Shown: positions 10,003 to 19,476 of the stretch, piece by piece
Layout: each line of letters begins with the position of its first letter
Position numbering within the stretch: position 1 is the stretch's first letter
DNA from: Robiginitomaculum sp.
GTDB taxonomy: Bacteria > Pseudomonadota > Alphaproteobacteria > Caulobacterales > Maricaulaceae
Assembly: GCA_016763315.1 (NCBI GenBank)
Contig: JAESTZ010000063.1
Location: forward strand, 2,539 to 66,538
DNA: 64,000 nt
Direction: 5' to 3'
Notes under the pieces: model-generated
The model's input: only the letters and a program-made list of their open reading frames with translations
Database searches by the model: none
What the model was told of the DNA's origin: nothing
Program-made: the position numbers and the translations under genes

Positions 10003-10031
10003 TTTCCAGTTCATTTTGAACTGGAAATTTG
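10003..10031 (+). terminator. Rho-independent terminator candidate
   Basis: Perfect 10-bp stem TTTCCAGTTC/GAACTGGAAA with a 5-nt loop, followed by TTTGC. Confidence 0.6.
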
Positions 10032-10137
10032 CTATGGATTCATGTTTTAATGCTTTCTTGCCAACAAGCCGTTTACACTGTTTAAAAAAATGCTTTAGAG
10101 TCATGGTTCGCCGCAAGAAAAACGGAACCGATCAGCC

Positions 10138-11874
10138 ATGGCAAAGCCAACATTGGCAAATTACATAGAAGGTGCTGTCTTGCGTTTACGACAAGCAGCG
10201 AGCGATGAATTACACGCAACTTCCTTGTATCGGGCAATAGTTTTTTCCGGACCGGCTCCGTTACTTCACAAGCCATGGCCGAGCAGACCAGCAAGTCCAA
10301 ACCTTGAGCGAGGAGAAGAAATTGCTGGTGGCATGTTGTATTTAGCTGGTCGTAAATTGAATTTTGAGAATGTCCCAGAAGCTTGGTCAGCATTGACACC
10401 ATCTCGAACCTTTGCCATTTCACTACATAGCTTTGGTTGGTTGTCTAGTTTATCCCGGTTTGAACGAAAGCAGCAACAGCCACCGGTATTAACTAAATCT
10501 CATGTAGATACATGGATTGAACAATTTGGCAGCTGGAACCGGTTTGCTTGGAGTGCAGCAATAACCGCCCAACGATGCCTGGCTTGGCTTGGAGAATCAA
10601 AAGTACTATTTAGCGGAGACGCAATAGCCACCAGCACCCGTTTGGACAGCCTTGGTAAGCAATTACGTCATTTAAAATCCGTAGCAAATATTTGTGAGGC
10701 CGGTGAAACCAGACTGTGGGTTGCTATTTGCCTGGCTACTGCCGGAACCTGCTTGTTTGGAATGCAGGGTTTGCAAAAAACTGGCCTTGCCATGTTACAG
10801 GACGAGCTTGATCGACAAATTCTTACCGATGGTGGACACATTGGACGTAACCCAGAGGTCGCGGCATTATTATTGTTAGAGCTTGATGCTTTGGCAAAAT
10901 TGCTTGATCAACACAATTCTCCACCACCAATTTTTATACGAAAAACTAGAGATAAGCTATTACCGTTTGTGCGGTTTTGCACGACGATGAATGGACGTTT
11001 AGCTGTTTTTAATGGCGGAGGTTACGGAGATAAAACGGCTATCCACCATGCTTTGTCAGCAATAGATGAAAAAAGATCACCATTTCTAATTGCTCCACAT
11101 TCCGGTTACCATCGCTTGCAAACACGTCGTTCCACACTGATACTGGATTGTGGAAAAATGCCGCCTATAGCTTATAGCCGCAACGCTCATGCCGGTGCTT
11201 TAAGTTTTGAATTTGGCACACGAGCCGGAACCATAATTACAAACTGTGGCTGGTCACAAGACCTAAGCGAAAAATGGCGGGAGCCTAGCAGAACAAGCGC
11301 CGCACATTCTACCCTGGTGATAGATGATGTATCTTCCAGCTACATTTACCCGAAAGGGCTTACAACAAGTTTATTAGGAACAATCGCCTACAATAAAGAA
11401 CAAGCATTGCAAGCTAGGCGCAATGAGGAAGAAAGTGGTGTGTGGTTAACCGCCAGCCATCAAGAATATCTTTCCCGTTATGGTTTACAACATAACCGGC
11501 GTTTATTTTTATCAACAAGCGGAGATGATTTGCGCGGCGAAGACACTTTAGAACGTCCGGTAGGCTTAGGAAAAACCCGTGATTTACAGCCAATACCATT
11601 TTCAATAAGATTTCATTTGCACACAGATACACGAGTATCTTTGGCGCGGAACAATTCAAGTGTATTGATCTTGCTTCCCAACGGTGAGGGCTGGAGGTTT
11701 CGTTGTGATATAGGGTCTATCTCTCTGGAACCATCTGTTTATCTTGGCTCTGGCGCCCCACCTAGACGTAGTAAGCAAATAGTATTAAACGGCGCCGCAG
11801 ACCCCAATGGTATCGGTCAGGAAGCCAGTAATCGGATTCGGTGGTCTTTAAGGCGAATTGAGTCAAATAGTTAA
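10138..11874 (+). CDS. Heparinase II/III-like family protein
   Basis: 578 aa. Its size and its position between rsmB and purH match the conserved alphaproteobacterial heparinase II/III-like gene I recall. The call rests on synteny and general similarity, not on a catalytic motif. Confidence 0.65.
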   Translation: MAKPTLANYIEGAVLRLRQAASDELHATSLYRAIVFSGPAPLLHKPWPSRPASPNLERGEEIAGGMLYLAGRKLNFENVPEAWSALTPSRTFAISLHSFGWLSSLSRFERKQQQPPVLTKSHVDTWIEQFGSWNRFAWSAAITAQRCLAWLGESKVLFSGDAIATSTRLDSLGKQLRHLKSVANICEAGETRLWVAICLATAGTCLFGMQGLQKTGLAMLQDELDRQILTDGGHIGRNPEVAALLLLELDALAKLLDQHNSPPPIFIRKTRDKLLPFVRFCTTMNGRLAVFNGGGYGDKTAIHHALSAIDEKRSPFLIAPHSGYHRLQTRRSTLILDCGKMPPIAYSRNAHAGALSFEFGTRAGTIITNCGWSQDLSEKWREPSRTSAAHSTLVIDDVSSSYIYPKGLTTSLLGTIAYNKEQALQARRNEEESGVWLTASHQEYLSRYGLQHNRRLFLSTSGDDLRGEDTLERPVGLGKTRDLQPIPFSIRFHLHTDTRVSLARNNSSVLILLPNGEGWRFRCDIGSISLEPSVYLGSGAPPRRSKQIVLNGAADPNGIGQEASNRIRWSLRRIESNS

Positions 11875-11891
11875 GTCAGGGAGATATAACA

Positions 11892-13481
11892 GTGAATCAG
11901 ATAATAACTATAAAACGGGCGTTATTATCGGTTTCTGATAAAACCGGACTTATAAAACAAGCACAAAGACTAGAAGCGCTGGGAGTTGAAATAATTTCAA
12001 CCGGTGGTACTGCCAAAGAGCTTCTTGATGCCGGCATTAAAGTTATAGACGCCAGCCAAATCACCGACTTTCCAGAAATGATGAATGGTAGGGTAAAAAC
12101 CCTGCATCCGCGTATTCATGGTGGTTTATTGGCTTGCCGTGATCAAGAAGAGCACCGTCAAGCAATGCACGATCATAACATTCCACAGATTGATCTATTG
12201 CTAGTCAATTTGTATCCTTTTGAGCAAACTCGTGATAGCGGTGCAGACTTTGCTACATGTATTGAAAATATAGATATTGGCGGGCCGGCAATGCTACGCT
12301 CAGCGGCAAAAAACCACGCCTTTGTTACTGTATGCACCGATAAAGACGATATGGAGCAAGTGCTAAGTGAAATGGAAAGCTCTTTAGCTGGAGTTAGTCA
12401 CGCTCTACGCGCCGCTCTTGCTGCCAAAACCTTTTCAAAAACCGCACAATATGACGCTGCTATCAGTAGCTGGTTCAATCAACAAATTAATGAAACAAGC
12501 CCAAAATACCAAGCTTTTGGCGGCACTTTACAACAAAAATTACGTTATGGTGAAAACCCGCATCAAAAAGCTGCTGTTTATCGCACTAATGATCAGGTTG
12601 CTGGAGTGGTTAATGCGAAACAGGTTCAAGGAAAAGAGCTCAGTTATAATAATTTTAATGACCTTAATGCCGCATTTGAACTGGTTAGTGAGTTTCCAAT
12701 CGATAAACCAGCAATCGCCATTATAAAGCACGCAAATCCTTGTGGTGTTGCCGTAGATGATGATCAGCTAACTGCTTGGAATGCAGCTTTGGCCTGTGAT
12801 CCGGTTTCTGCATTTGGTGGTATTATTGCTTTGAACAGTGAAGTTAACAGTGAAACGGCAAAGGCTATTTCTCAGTTATTTATTGAAGCGGTGATTGCTC
12901 CTTCAGCCTGCGCGCAAGCCTTAGAACTTTTTGCCACCAAGAAAAACTTACGGCTTTTACTGACCGACGGTTTACCGGATCCTGCACGTAATGGCACCGA
13001 GGTTAAAGCCATAGCTGGTGGATTATTGGTACAAAGCAGAGACAACGGACAGGTTTTGAATAAGAGCGATCTGAACTGCGTCACTAAAATTAAACCAACA
13101 GACCAACAAATAGATGATATGTTATTTGCTTGGAAAGTTGCCAAGCACGTAAAATCCAACACGATTATATATGCTAAAGACGGAGCTACTGTCGGTGTTG
13201 GCGCTGGACAGATGAGCCGGCTGGATGCGGCAAAAATAGCGACAATAAAAGCCAATAATGCTGCCAAAATCGCAGGCGAAAGTACCGCTAAGACAATTGG
13301 ATCCGTGGCAGCATCCGACGCTTTTTTTCCGTTTGCCGACGGCCTGCTCGAGGTCATTGAAGCTGGTTCAATAGCAGTAATTCAACCGGGTGGATCAATT
13401 AGAGATGATGAAGTAATCGCTGCCGCTGATAAAGCCGGTATCACTATGGTTTTTACGGGCATGCGACATTTTAAGCATTAA
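11892..13481 (+). CDS. purH: Bifunctional AICAR transformylase / IMP cyclohydrolase
   Basis: GTG start 8 nt after GGGAG. RALLSVSDKTGL, GRVKTLHP, KHANPCG and the C-terminus FTGMRHFKH are classic PurH blocks. Confidence 0.95.
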   Translation: MNQIITIKRALLSVSDKTGLIKQAQRLEALGVEIISTGGTAKELLDAGIKVIDASQITDFPEMMNGRVKTLHPRIHGGLLACRDQEEHRQAMHDHNIPQIDLLLVNLYPFEQTRDSGADFATCIENIDIGGPAMLRSAAKNHAFVTVCTDKDDMEQVLSEMESSLAGVSHALRAALAAKTFSKTAQYDAAISSWFNQQINETSPKYQAFGGTLQQKLRYGENPHQKAAVYRTNDQVAGVVNAKQVQGKELSYNNFNDLNAAFELVSEFPIDKPAIAIIKHANPCGVAVDDDQLTAWNAALACDPVSAFGGIIALNSEVNSETAKAISQLFIEAVIAPSACAQALELFATKKNLRLLLTDGLPDPARNGTEVKAIAGGLLVQSRDNGQVLNKSDLNCVTKIKPTDQQIDDMLFAWKVAKHVKSNTIIYAKDGATVGVGAGQMSRLDAAKIATIKANNAAKIAGESTAKTIGSVAASDAFFPFADGLLEVIEAGSIAVIQPGGSIRDDEVIAAADKAGITMVFTGMRHFKH

Positions 13482-13525
13482 ATAATGTAGAAAGAACCCG
13501 AAAGATATTGGGCTCTAGATAATAA

Positions 13526-14203
13526 CTACATCCTTCTGGCTCTGGCGCGACCTCGCCCATAGCGTAACTTTCCTAGTAAACCAGCCGGGTCTGGCCAGCT
13601 TGCTGTTGTTTTACGAAACCTTGCCTTAAGTCCTTCGAACTGCATTACGTTGCCAATTCGGCGATCAAGAAACTTCCACGCAGTGTCATCATCATTTTGT
13701 AACCAAACCATTAGCGTTGAAGCAAAGACTCCAGATAAAATCATTCTTTTTGTGTAATAATTATAATCTGTGCTGGTATCACCCATCGCCGTCCACATGA
13801 TATCGGCTGTTCGCCAGCCAAGCTTTAAGGCTTCACCGGCTTGATCTGGCAAAGTCAGGCGGGTCACGGCTCTTAAAGCTGCTTCTTTGTTTTCTTCACC
13901 AATAGTTTCAATACGGGTTTGAACTAGAAAAATTGCTCTATCACGAATTCGCATGTTTTCTGGTTTTGCTTTTTCCCACGCCTCAAGCATTGCCTTATCA
14001 TTATATCCGGCCCAAAATCTTATAAGGTCGGTACAACCGCGCGGCAGAGCCAGTTCAACGGCACCTGGGTGCAGATCTGCTGATTCTGTGGCTCTAGCTA
14101 AAACATCGCTCGTCCAGCCCTCAAATGCAGCGTCTTTTATCACCAAGGGCAGTAATTTTTGCCTAATAATGTCTAGGTGCGGTTGCGATTCAGAGTTTTT
14201 CAT
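13526..14203 (-). CDS. COQ9 family protein (rpsU-divergently transcribed protein)
   Basis: 225 aa and divergent from rpsU, as in the family named for that arrangement. The helical COQ9-like sequence fits. Confidence 0.75.
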   Translation of the reverse strand: MKNSESQPHLDIIRQKLLPLVIKDAAFEGWTSDVLARATESADLHPGAVELALPRGCTDLIRFWAGYNDKAMLEAWEKAKPENMRIRDRAIFLVQTRIETIGEENKEAALRAVTRLTLPDQAGEALKLGWRTADIMWTAMGDTSTDYNYYTKRMILSGVFASTLMVWLQNDDDTAWKFLDRRIGNVMQFEGLKARFRKTTASWPDPAGLLGKLRYGRGRARARRM

Positions 14204-14355
14204 GGTATCTGCCTGTAATATTATTACTTTATATAGTCTTTTATCATAAAAAAACGGTTTGTCGCGCTAGACATGGGTGCGGCCTTTTGGTATCTCCCGC
14301 CATCTAGTGAGCCGCGATTAATATTGATTAGCCTATATTTTGCTCAAAACCAAAT

Positions 14356-14604
14356 TTGGAGGACGGAACCATCGTTCAGATCTATGTACGTGATAACAAT
14401 GTCGAACAGGCATTAAAAGCGCTAAAGAAAAAAATGCAACGCGAGGGTACATTTCGCGAAATGAAGCGCCGCAATTATTTTGAGAAGCCTTCTGAAAAAC
14501 GGGTTCGTCAAAAAGCCGAAGCTTTGCGTAGAGCTCGCAAACTAGCTCGCAAGCGTGCTGTTCGTGAAGGTTTGCTTCCGGGTAAACCTGTACGTACTCC
14601 ATAA
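14356..14604 (+). CDS. rpsU: 30S ribosomal protein S21
   Basis: [25 protein letters not shown]...ARKLARK is unmistakably S21. The start codon is uncertain (see findings); the listed start is the TTG of the ORF track. Confidence 0.9.
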   Translation: MEDGTIVQIYVRDNNVEQALKALKKKMQREGTFREMKRRNYFEKPSEKRVRQKAEALRRARKLARKRAVREGLLPGKPVRTP

Positions 14605-14625
14605 TAACAAATTTTTTTAAGTCTT

Positions 14626-14658
14626 TAAACCGCCGGCAAAACTGTCTGGCGGTTTTTG
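14626..14658 (+). terminator. Rho-independent terminator of rpsU
   Basis: ACCGCC-13 nt-GGCGGT hairpin followed by TTTTTG. Confidence 0.65.
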
Positions 14659-14684
14659 TGTGCCTGATGGTCAGTAAATCGGTG

Positions 14685-16145
14685 TTACTTTTTCTTTTGT
14701 TTTTTTGGTAATAATTTACTGGCCATATTTTTGAAATAATCAGCACCAGCTTGATGCATTGCGCCAGCCTGAAACACCTTACCAGCACCTAGCAGCACGA
14801 TAGCTGTAGTCGCCACCATAACAAACGTTGTGCCGATAATTTCAATCATTGGCGGATCTGTGGGTAACCGTGCCATCATTATGTAAGGTGTAAATAACGG
14901 AATCCACGATAAAACCGCCAAAACCGGGCTTTCCGGGTCTTGCATGGCAAAGCCTAAAGCAAACATAGGCACCATCATCAGAAAAATCATCGGGGACATT
15001 AAGGTTTGCGCTTCTTGCAAAGTTTCACACAAGGAGCCAAGTGCTAGAAATATTGACCCGAACATCAAATAACCAAATATAAAATATCCAAAAAATGGTA
15101 TTATCAACCAAGGGTCTCCGGCTGCAGCAACTATACTGGCAATTTTACCTGCACCTCCTGTGTCAAGTACCGAGCCGGCGGCTATAGTCGAGATCAGCCC
15201 GGCCAACACCCATCCGGCGAGCAGGGTAAAGCTAACCATTGCCACCCCAAGTAATTTTCCCATCAAGATAGAACGAAGGGGGGCGGCGCTTAATAGGCTA
15301 TCTATGATTTTATTAGATTTTTCTTCGATAACGCTGGTTAGCAACATATTGGCAACCGAAAACACCACCGACCATAAAACAAAAGCAAAAACAATCGAGA
15401 TAATAAATGGCATCCGGTCTTCAGCTGTCACCGCGGCATCATCTGCGGCCTTTTCAGGAGATAGAGAAATAATCACCGGTTTCAAATTGGAAATTTCCTC
15501 CACCAGCGACAATTCTACACCTGAGCGCGAAAACTCATCTTTTTGCATTTGATCCCGCACTGCTTGACGTATTTTGTTTTGCAGCCGCCGTTCACTTATA
15601 TTGGCGCTCCAATACTCGATTTGTACAATTCCATCTACATCAGGATAAATGAAAACCGCGGCATGTAAGGGTTCTGGCCCGCGCACAGTGTCTATGGTTT
15701 GCTCCTCCAGCAAAAATGGACGCAAAGCTTCTATGGTGCTTGCTGGTGGTGGTACTTTGTTAAAACTTTCGCGTTTTGTTGCTAAGGCTATTGATCGTTC
15801 TGTACCAAGTATTGATCTTATTTCGGCTTCGGATCTGTTTTCTTCTGCGGCTGTTTTTGCTGCCAATAATACTTCTGTTTCACCTTCAACCAGAATTAAA
15901 GCGTCAATGAATTCTAAAATATGCTCGGCGCGATCAGCTATAAAACTCTGCTCAATGGCTCTTTCATACCGACCATCAGGGTCGATAACTGTAAAGTTTT
16001 TAATCCCGGAGGCTCGATCCATCAAAGCTGGCAAAGCCATGCCCAATAATAAAAATATCGGGATCATTGCCAATGACACCCAAAAACCGATGGTTGCCAC
16101 ATAAGACAGGTACTCACGGCGAGCTATAAGGTAAATGTGTCGCAT
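14685..16145 (-). CDS. ABC-2 type transporter permease (NatB-like)
   Basis: One N-terminal TM helix, a large extracytoplasmic loop, then a C-terminal cluster of TM helices. The start overlaps the upstream ATPase gene by 1 nt. Confidence 0.8.
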   Translation of the reverse strand: MRHIYLIARREYLSYVATIGFWVSLAMIPIFLLLGMALPALMDRASGIKNFTVIDPDGRYERAIEQSFIADRAEHILEFIDALILVEGETEVLLAAKTAAEENRSEAEIRSILGTERSIALATKRESFNKVPPPASTIEALRPFLLEEQTIDTVRGPEPLHAAVFIYPDVDGIVQIEYWSANISERRLQNKIRQAVRDQMQKDEFSRSGVELSLVEEISNLKPVIISLSPEKAADDAAVTAEDRMPFIISIVFAFVLWSVVFSVANMLLTSVIEEKSNKIIDSLLSAAPLRSILMGKLLGVAMVSFTLLAGWVLAGLISTIAAGSVLDTGGAGKIASIVAAAGDPWLIIPFFGYFIFGYLMFGSIFLALGSLCETLQEAQTLMSPMIFLMMVPMFALGFAMQDPESPVLAVLSWIPLFTPYIMMARLPTDPPMIEIIGTTFVMVATTAIVLLGAGKVFQAGAMHQAGADYFKNMASKLLPKKQKKK

Positions 16146-17092
16146 TATTTCGCACCCTTTGCGATTTGTTCGTCTTTGGCTACCAATTGTACAAACACCT
16201 CGTGCAAGTGTCGCTTGGCAGGCTCAAAACCACGTAAGGCCAAATTGTTAGCGACAGATGACCTTAGAATATCTTGAACATCAACATCCTTATTCAAGTC
16301 AACTGACCAACGATAGCTATTGGAGCTTTGGGAAGGCAATGAGGAAACGGAATTGCTTAGGTTATCAAAAATTTTAGCCGGATTATCAGCGGTATCGGTT
16401 TCAATAATTACACTATTGGGTATTGTTGCTAATGCTTGTGTAACGCTGCCGTCAAAAATTTTACGGCCGCGGGATAACAAAACAATTCGATCACAAAGTC
16501 GTTCAGCATGTTCCATTACATGGGTTGAAAATAAAACCGTTGTGCCACTTGCCGCTAGTTCGCGAATAATATCCTCAAGGTTTTGTTGGTTTACCGGATC
16601 AAGCCCGGAAAAAGGCTCATCAAGAATGACAAATTCTGGTTTATGAGCTATCGCTGAGATAATCTGCACTTTCTGTGCCATGCCTTTGGACAGCTCGCGA
16701 ACCTTTTTGTAGGCAGCGTCTTTAAGGCCAAATTGCTCAAGTAGGCTCAGCGCACGGCTTTTGGCTGCTGCAGCCTTCATGCCTTTTAATCGCGCAAAGT
16801 GAACAATTACCGCAACCACACTCATTTTACGATAAAGGCCGCGTTCCTCTGGCAAGAAACCAACTCGATCTAAAGCCCGATAGTTGGGCGGCTTGCCAAA
16901 CAACAAGACTTCACCACTGTCCGGAGTTAATATACCCAACCCCATGCGAATGGATGTTGATTTTCCGGCACCGTTTGGGCCCAAGAAACCGGTAATGGAA
17001 TGCGGTTCAACCTGTAAATCAAGATTTCTAACGGCAGGCTTTCCACCAAACCTTTTTGATACATTTAATAGACTAAGTACTGAGTTTTTCAT
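16145..17092 (-). CDS. ABC transporter ATP-binding protein (NatA-like)
   Basis: Walker A GPNGAGKST, signature LSKGMAQK and Walker B VILDEPFSGLD. Confidence 0.9.
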   Translation of the reverse strand: MKNSVLSLLNVSKRFGGKPAVRNLDLQVEPHSITGFLGPNGAGKSTSIRMGLGILTPDSGEVLLFGKPPNYRALDRVGFLPEERGLYRKMSVVAVIVHFARLKGMKAAAAKSRALSLLEQFGLKDAAYKKVRELSKGMAQKVQIISAIAHKPEFVILDEPFSGLDPVNQQNLEDIIRELAASGTTVLFSTHVMEHAERLCDRIVLLSRGRKIFDGSVTQALATIPNSVIIETDTADNPAKIFDNLSNSVSSLPSQSSNSYRWSVDLNKDVDVQDILRSSVANNLALRGFEPAKRHLHEVFVQLVAKDEQIAKGAK

Positions 17093-17240
17093 TTTTGCAC
17101 TTTGGACAATTTAATCGATTTTGCAAAGCAAAAGCTTACAAAAAATATGAAGTTATATAGTTTGAGTGCCTATAATCACCGTCTGCACAATCAAGACTGT
17201 TTATGTTCGCGAAGTTTTATAAAATGACAGACTTTTAAAA

Positions 17241-17315
17241 TGGTGGGCACGGACAGGATTGAACTGTCGACCCCTACAATGTCAATGTAGTGCTCTCCCA
17301 CTGAGCTACGCGCCC
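17241..17315 (-). tRNA. tRNA-Val (anticodon GAC)
   Basis: The reverse complement folds as a 75-nt cloverleaf: acceptor GGGCGCG/CGTGCCC, D arm GCTC-AGTGGGA-GAGC, anticodon stem CTACA/TGTAG with loop TTGACAT, T arm GACAG-TTCAATC-CTGTC, and an encoded CCA. Confidence 0.9.
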
Positions 17316-17403
17316 GCACCATTTTATCACTACCTAAAAAGGCAGTGCGCGTCTATAACGCTATCGCCAAAACTATGCAAGTGGCGTTAAGCTTTAAGAA
17401 AAT

Positions 17404-17769
17404 TTAAGCGGCCATTACCCGCTCGACCTCGGCCACAAGGTCACGTAAATGAAATGGCTTTGAAAGTACTTTCGCATCTTTTGGTGCAGAAGATCCCGGG
17501 TTTAATGCCACAGCTGCAAAACCGGTAATGAACATTATTTTTAACGAAGTATCTGCTTCAGCTGCGCGTCTAGCCAATTCAATTCCGTCGACTCCGGGCA
17601 TAACAATATCTGTTAGCAATAAATCAAAGTCTGTTGGTTGATCCTGTAATGCATCCAAACCTTCTTCGCCATCAGCACATGAAACGACTTCATGACCGGC
17701 TCGCTCCAGCGCACTAGCTAGAAACCGGCGCATACTATCATCATCTTCGGCCAATAATATCCGTGCCAT
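17404..17769 (-). CDS. cpdR: Single-domain response regulator, CpdR-like
   Basis: GGAGAG lies 8 nt before the ATG at 17769. MARILLAEDDDSMRRFL...DLLLTDIVMPGVDG...KPF is a CheY-like receiver resembling alphaproteobacterial CpdR, and it neighbours an FGase-family gene as in many alphaproteobacteria. Confidence 0.75.
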   Translation of the reverse strand: MARILLAEDDDSMRRFLASALERAGHEVVSCADGEEGLDALQDQPTDFDLLLTDIVMPGVDGIELARRAAEADTSLKIMFITGFAAVALNPGSSAPKDAKVLSKPFHLRDLVAEVERVMAA

Positions 17770-17895
17770 AACCAATACTCTCCACATTTACTCGAATCTA
17801 AATATTCGGTTGCTGGTGATTATAATCTTCCAAGGAAGTAAAAACCTAGTGAACAAACCAAGCTTGACGCACTATAATGATAAGAACATGTTGTT

Positions 17896-18813
17896 ATGAT
17901 GAACAAACTATTAACGCCTAAGGCGGATACAGAAAAAACTAACGAGCAAACCAGTAAAGTGCTTGGTTCTATGATCGGGGTTTATCAACCCGATCCACCT
18001 CAAAGCCCGTTAATTTTTACTTTTCCACATTCAGGGCGAAATTATCCTTTGCAGTTGTTAGAGCAAACCAGTTTATCGTTAATAGACCTACGTCGCTCTG
18101 AGGATGCTTTTGTTGATCTGCTGTTTCCAAACACAGCCTTACCTGAAGCCAGCTTTATTACCGCAAAGTTTCCTAGGGTCTGGGTTGATGTCAACCGTCA
18201 CCCTAAAGACCTTGATCCTGAAATGTTTGAACAAGAAGTCCGTATAACTAATAACCGACCTTCAAAAAACTTAACTGCCGGCTTTGGGGTAATTCCAAAG
18301 TTGGTCGCCCCCGGCTTGCCGGTTTATTCACAAAAACTTGCGATGGCTGAGGCATTAAAGAGGTTAGATTGCACCCATACACCCTACCATCAGGCAATCG
18401 AACAGGCCATCGCCAAGGTCAAGCCCGTCTTCGGGTTCGTAATTATTGTTGATTGTCACTCAATGCCCAGTTCTAGTGTTGCTAATACACCCGATGGCAT
18501 AGCAGATATTGTACTTGGCGATAGATATGAAAGTTCCTGCGATCCCAAAATTACCGATATTATGCAAGAATTATTTTACGAGAATAGTTTGAAAGTTGCT
18601 AAAAACCAGCCCTATGCTGGTGGCTATAGCCTTTTGCGACATGGCCGGCCAATGGACAATGTCCACTCTATTCAAATAGAAATCTCCCGAAATCTTTATA
18701 TGGATGAGGAGAATTTACAGAAAACCTCTGGTTTTATTGATTTACAATTAAAGCTGGAAAAGTTCATGAAACAACTTGATGTCTATGCGATGACATACTG
18801 TTCGACGATGTGA
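17896..18813 (+). CDS. N-formylglutamate amidohydrolase family protein
   Basis: FPHSGR, VDVNR and VDCHSMPS blocks are typical of the FGase family. Confidence 0.8.
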   Translation: MMNKLLTPKADTEKTNEQTSKVLGSMIGVYQPDPPQSPLIFTFPHSGRNYPLQLLEQTSLSLIDLRRSEDAFVDLLFPNTALPEASFITAKFPRVWVDVNRHPKDLDPEMFEQEVRITNNRPSKNLTAGFGVIPKLVAPGLPVYSQKLAMAEALKRLDCTHTPYHQAIEQAIAKVKPVFGFVIIVDCHSMPSSSVANTPDGIADIVLGDRYESSCDPKITDIMQELFYENSLKVAKNQPYAGGYSLLRHGRPMDNVHSIQIEISRNLYMDEENLQKTSGFIDLQLKLEKFMKQLDVYAMTYCSTM

Positions 18814-19042
18814 GTTTGGATGATGATTATCTTCGTTTCATTTTGAAACACTTTTAGCAACGCTCTCTAAAAAAGATTGATAAACGCAACTTGTTTTCGC
18901 CTTTTTGGTGCACTAAAAAAGAACAGCCTCAGAAAAACCCTTTGTTTTTCAATAGTCTATGGCTTTTCTCCTGTTTGGCACAGGGATTGCTTTTCTACTC
19001 AACCATAACAGCGGTAAACCCGTGAAATTGCAGGAGTAGCTT

Positions 19043-19411
19043 ATGACAAATTCTATAGATATTTATGTGGGAAGCAGATTACGTCGCCGTCGCCGGTTAT
19101 TAGGGCTTACTCAAGCCAACCTTGGTGAACAGGTTGGTATACGATTTCAACAAATTCAAAAGTACGAATGCGCCGCTAATCGTATCAGCGCCAGTCGTTT
19201 GTTTGACTTGTCCGAAGCCTTGCACGTTCCGGTTCAATATTTTTATGACGGCCTAAGCGAAAAAGACGCGGCCAATGACAGCGATGTCTTGCCATCAGAT
19301 GTGCTTTCACAGCGCGAAACCATGGAGTTGGTACGGGCATATTACTCGTTAGGGGAAGAGCCTCGTCGTCGCTTGCTTGATCTCGCAAAAGCCATGACCG
19401 CTTCCAAATAA
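19043..19411 (+). CDS. XRE-family HTH transcriptional regulator, PhrR/PraR-like
   Basis: VGSRLRRRRRLLGLTQANLGEQVGIRFQQIQKYECAANRISASRL matches the PhrR/PraR type of Cro/CI HTH. Confidence 0.8.
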   Translation: MTNSIDIYVGSRLRRRRRLLGLTQANLGEQVGIRFQQIQKYECAANRISASRLFDLSEALHVPVQYFYDGLSEKDAANDSDVLPSDVLSQRETMELVRAYYSLGEEPRRRLLDLAKAMTASK

Positions 19412-19432
19412 ACCAACAGTAATTATCAAAAA

Positions 19433-19476
19433 CCATTGGCGCAAATATTGATTAACCATTACCATTGCGCCAATGG
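19433..19476 (+). promoter_or_regulatory. 12-bp perfect inverted repeat (hairpin) covering the hisN start codon
   Basis: CCATTGGCGCAA (19433-19444) and TTGCGCCAATGG (19465-19476) are exact reverse complements with a 20-nt loop. The ATG at 19473 lies inside the 3' arm. Confidence 0.6.

Noticed and set aside
17850-17878. Apparent TTGACG ... TATAAT promoter upstream of the FGase-family gene
   Set aside because: TTGACG and TATAAT are only 3 nt apart. The alternative TGAACA-N17-TATAAT has proper spacing but would leave a leader of only about 10 nt with no SD. That is too uncertain to list as a feature.
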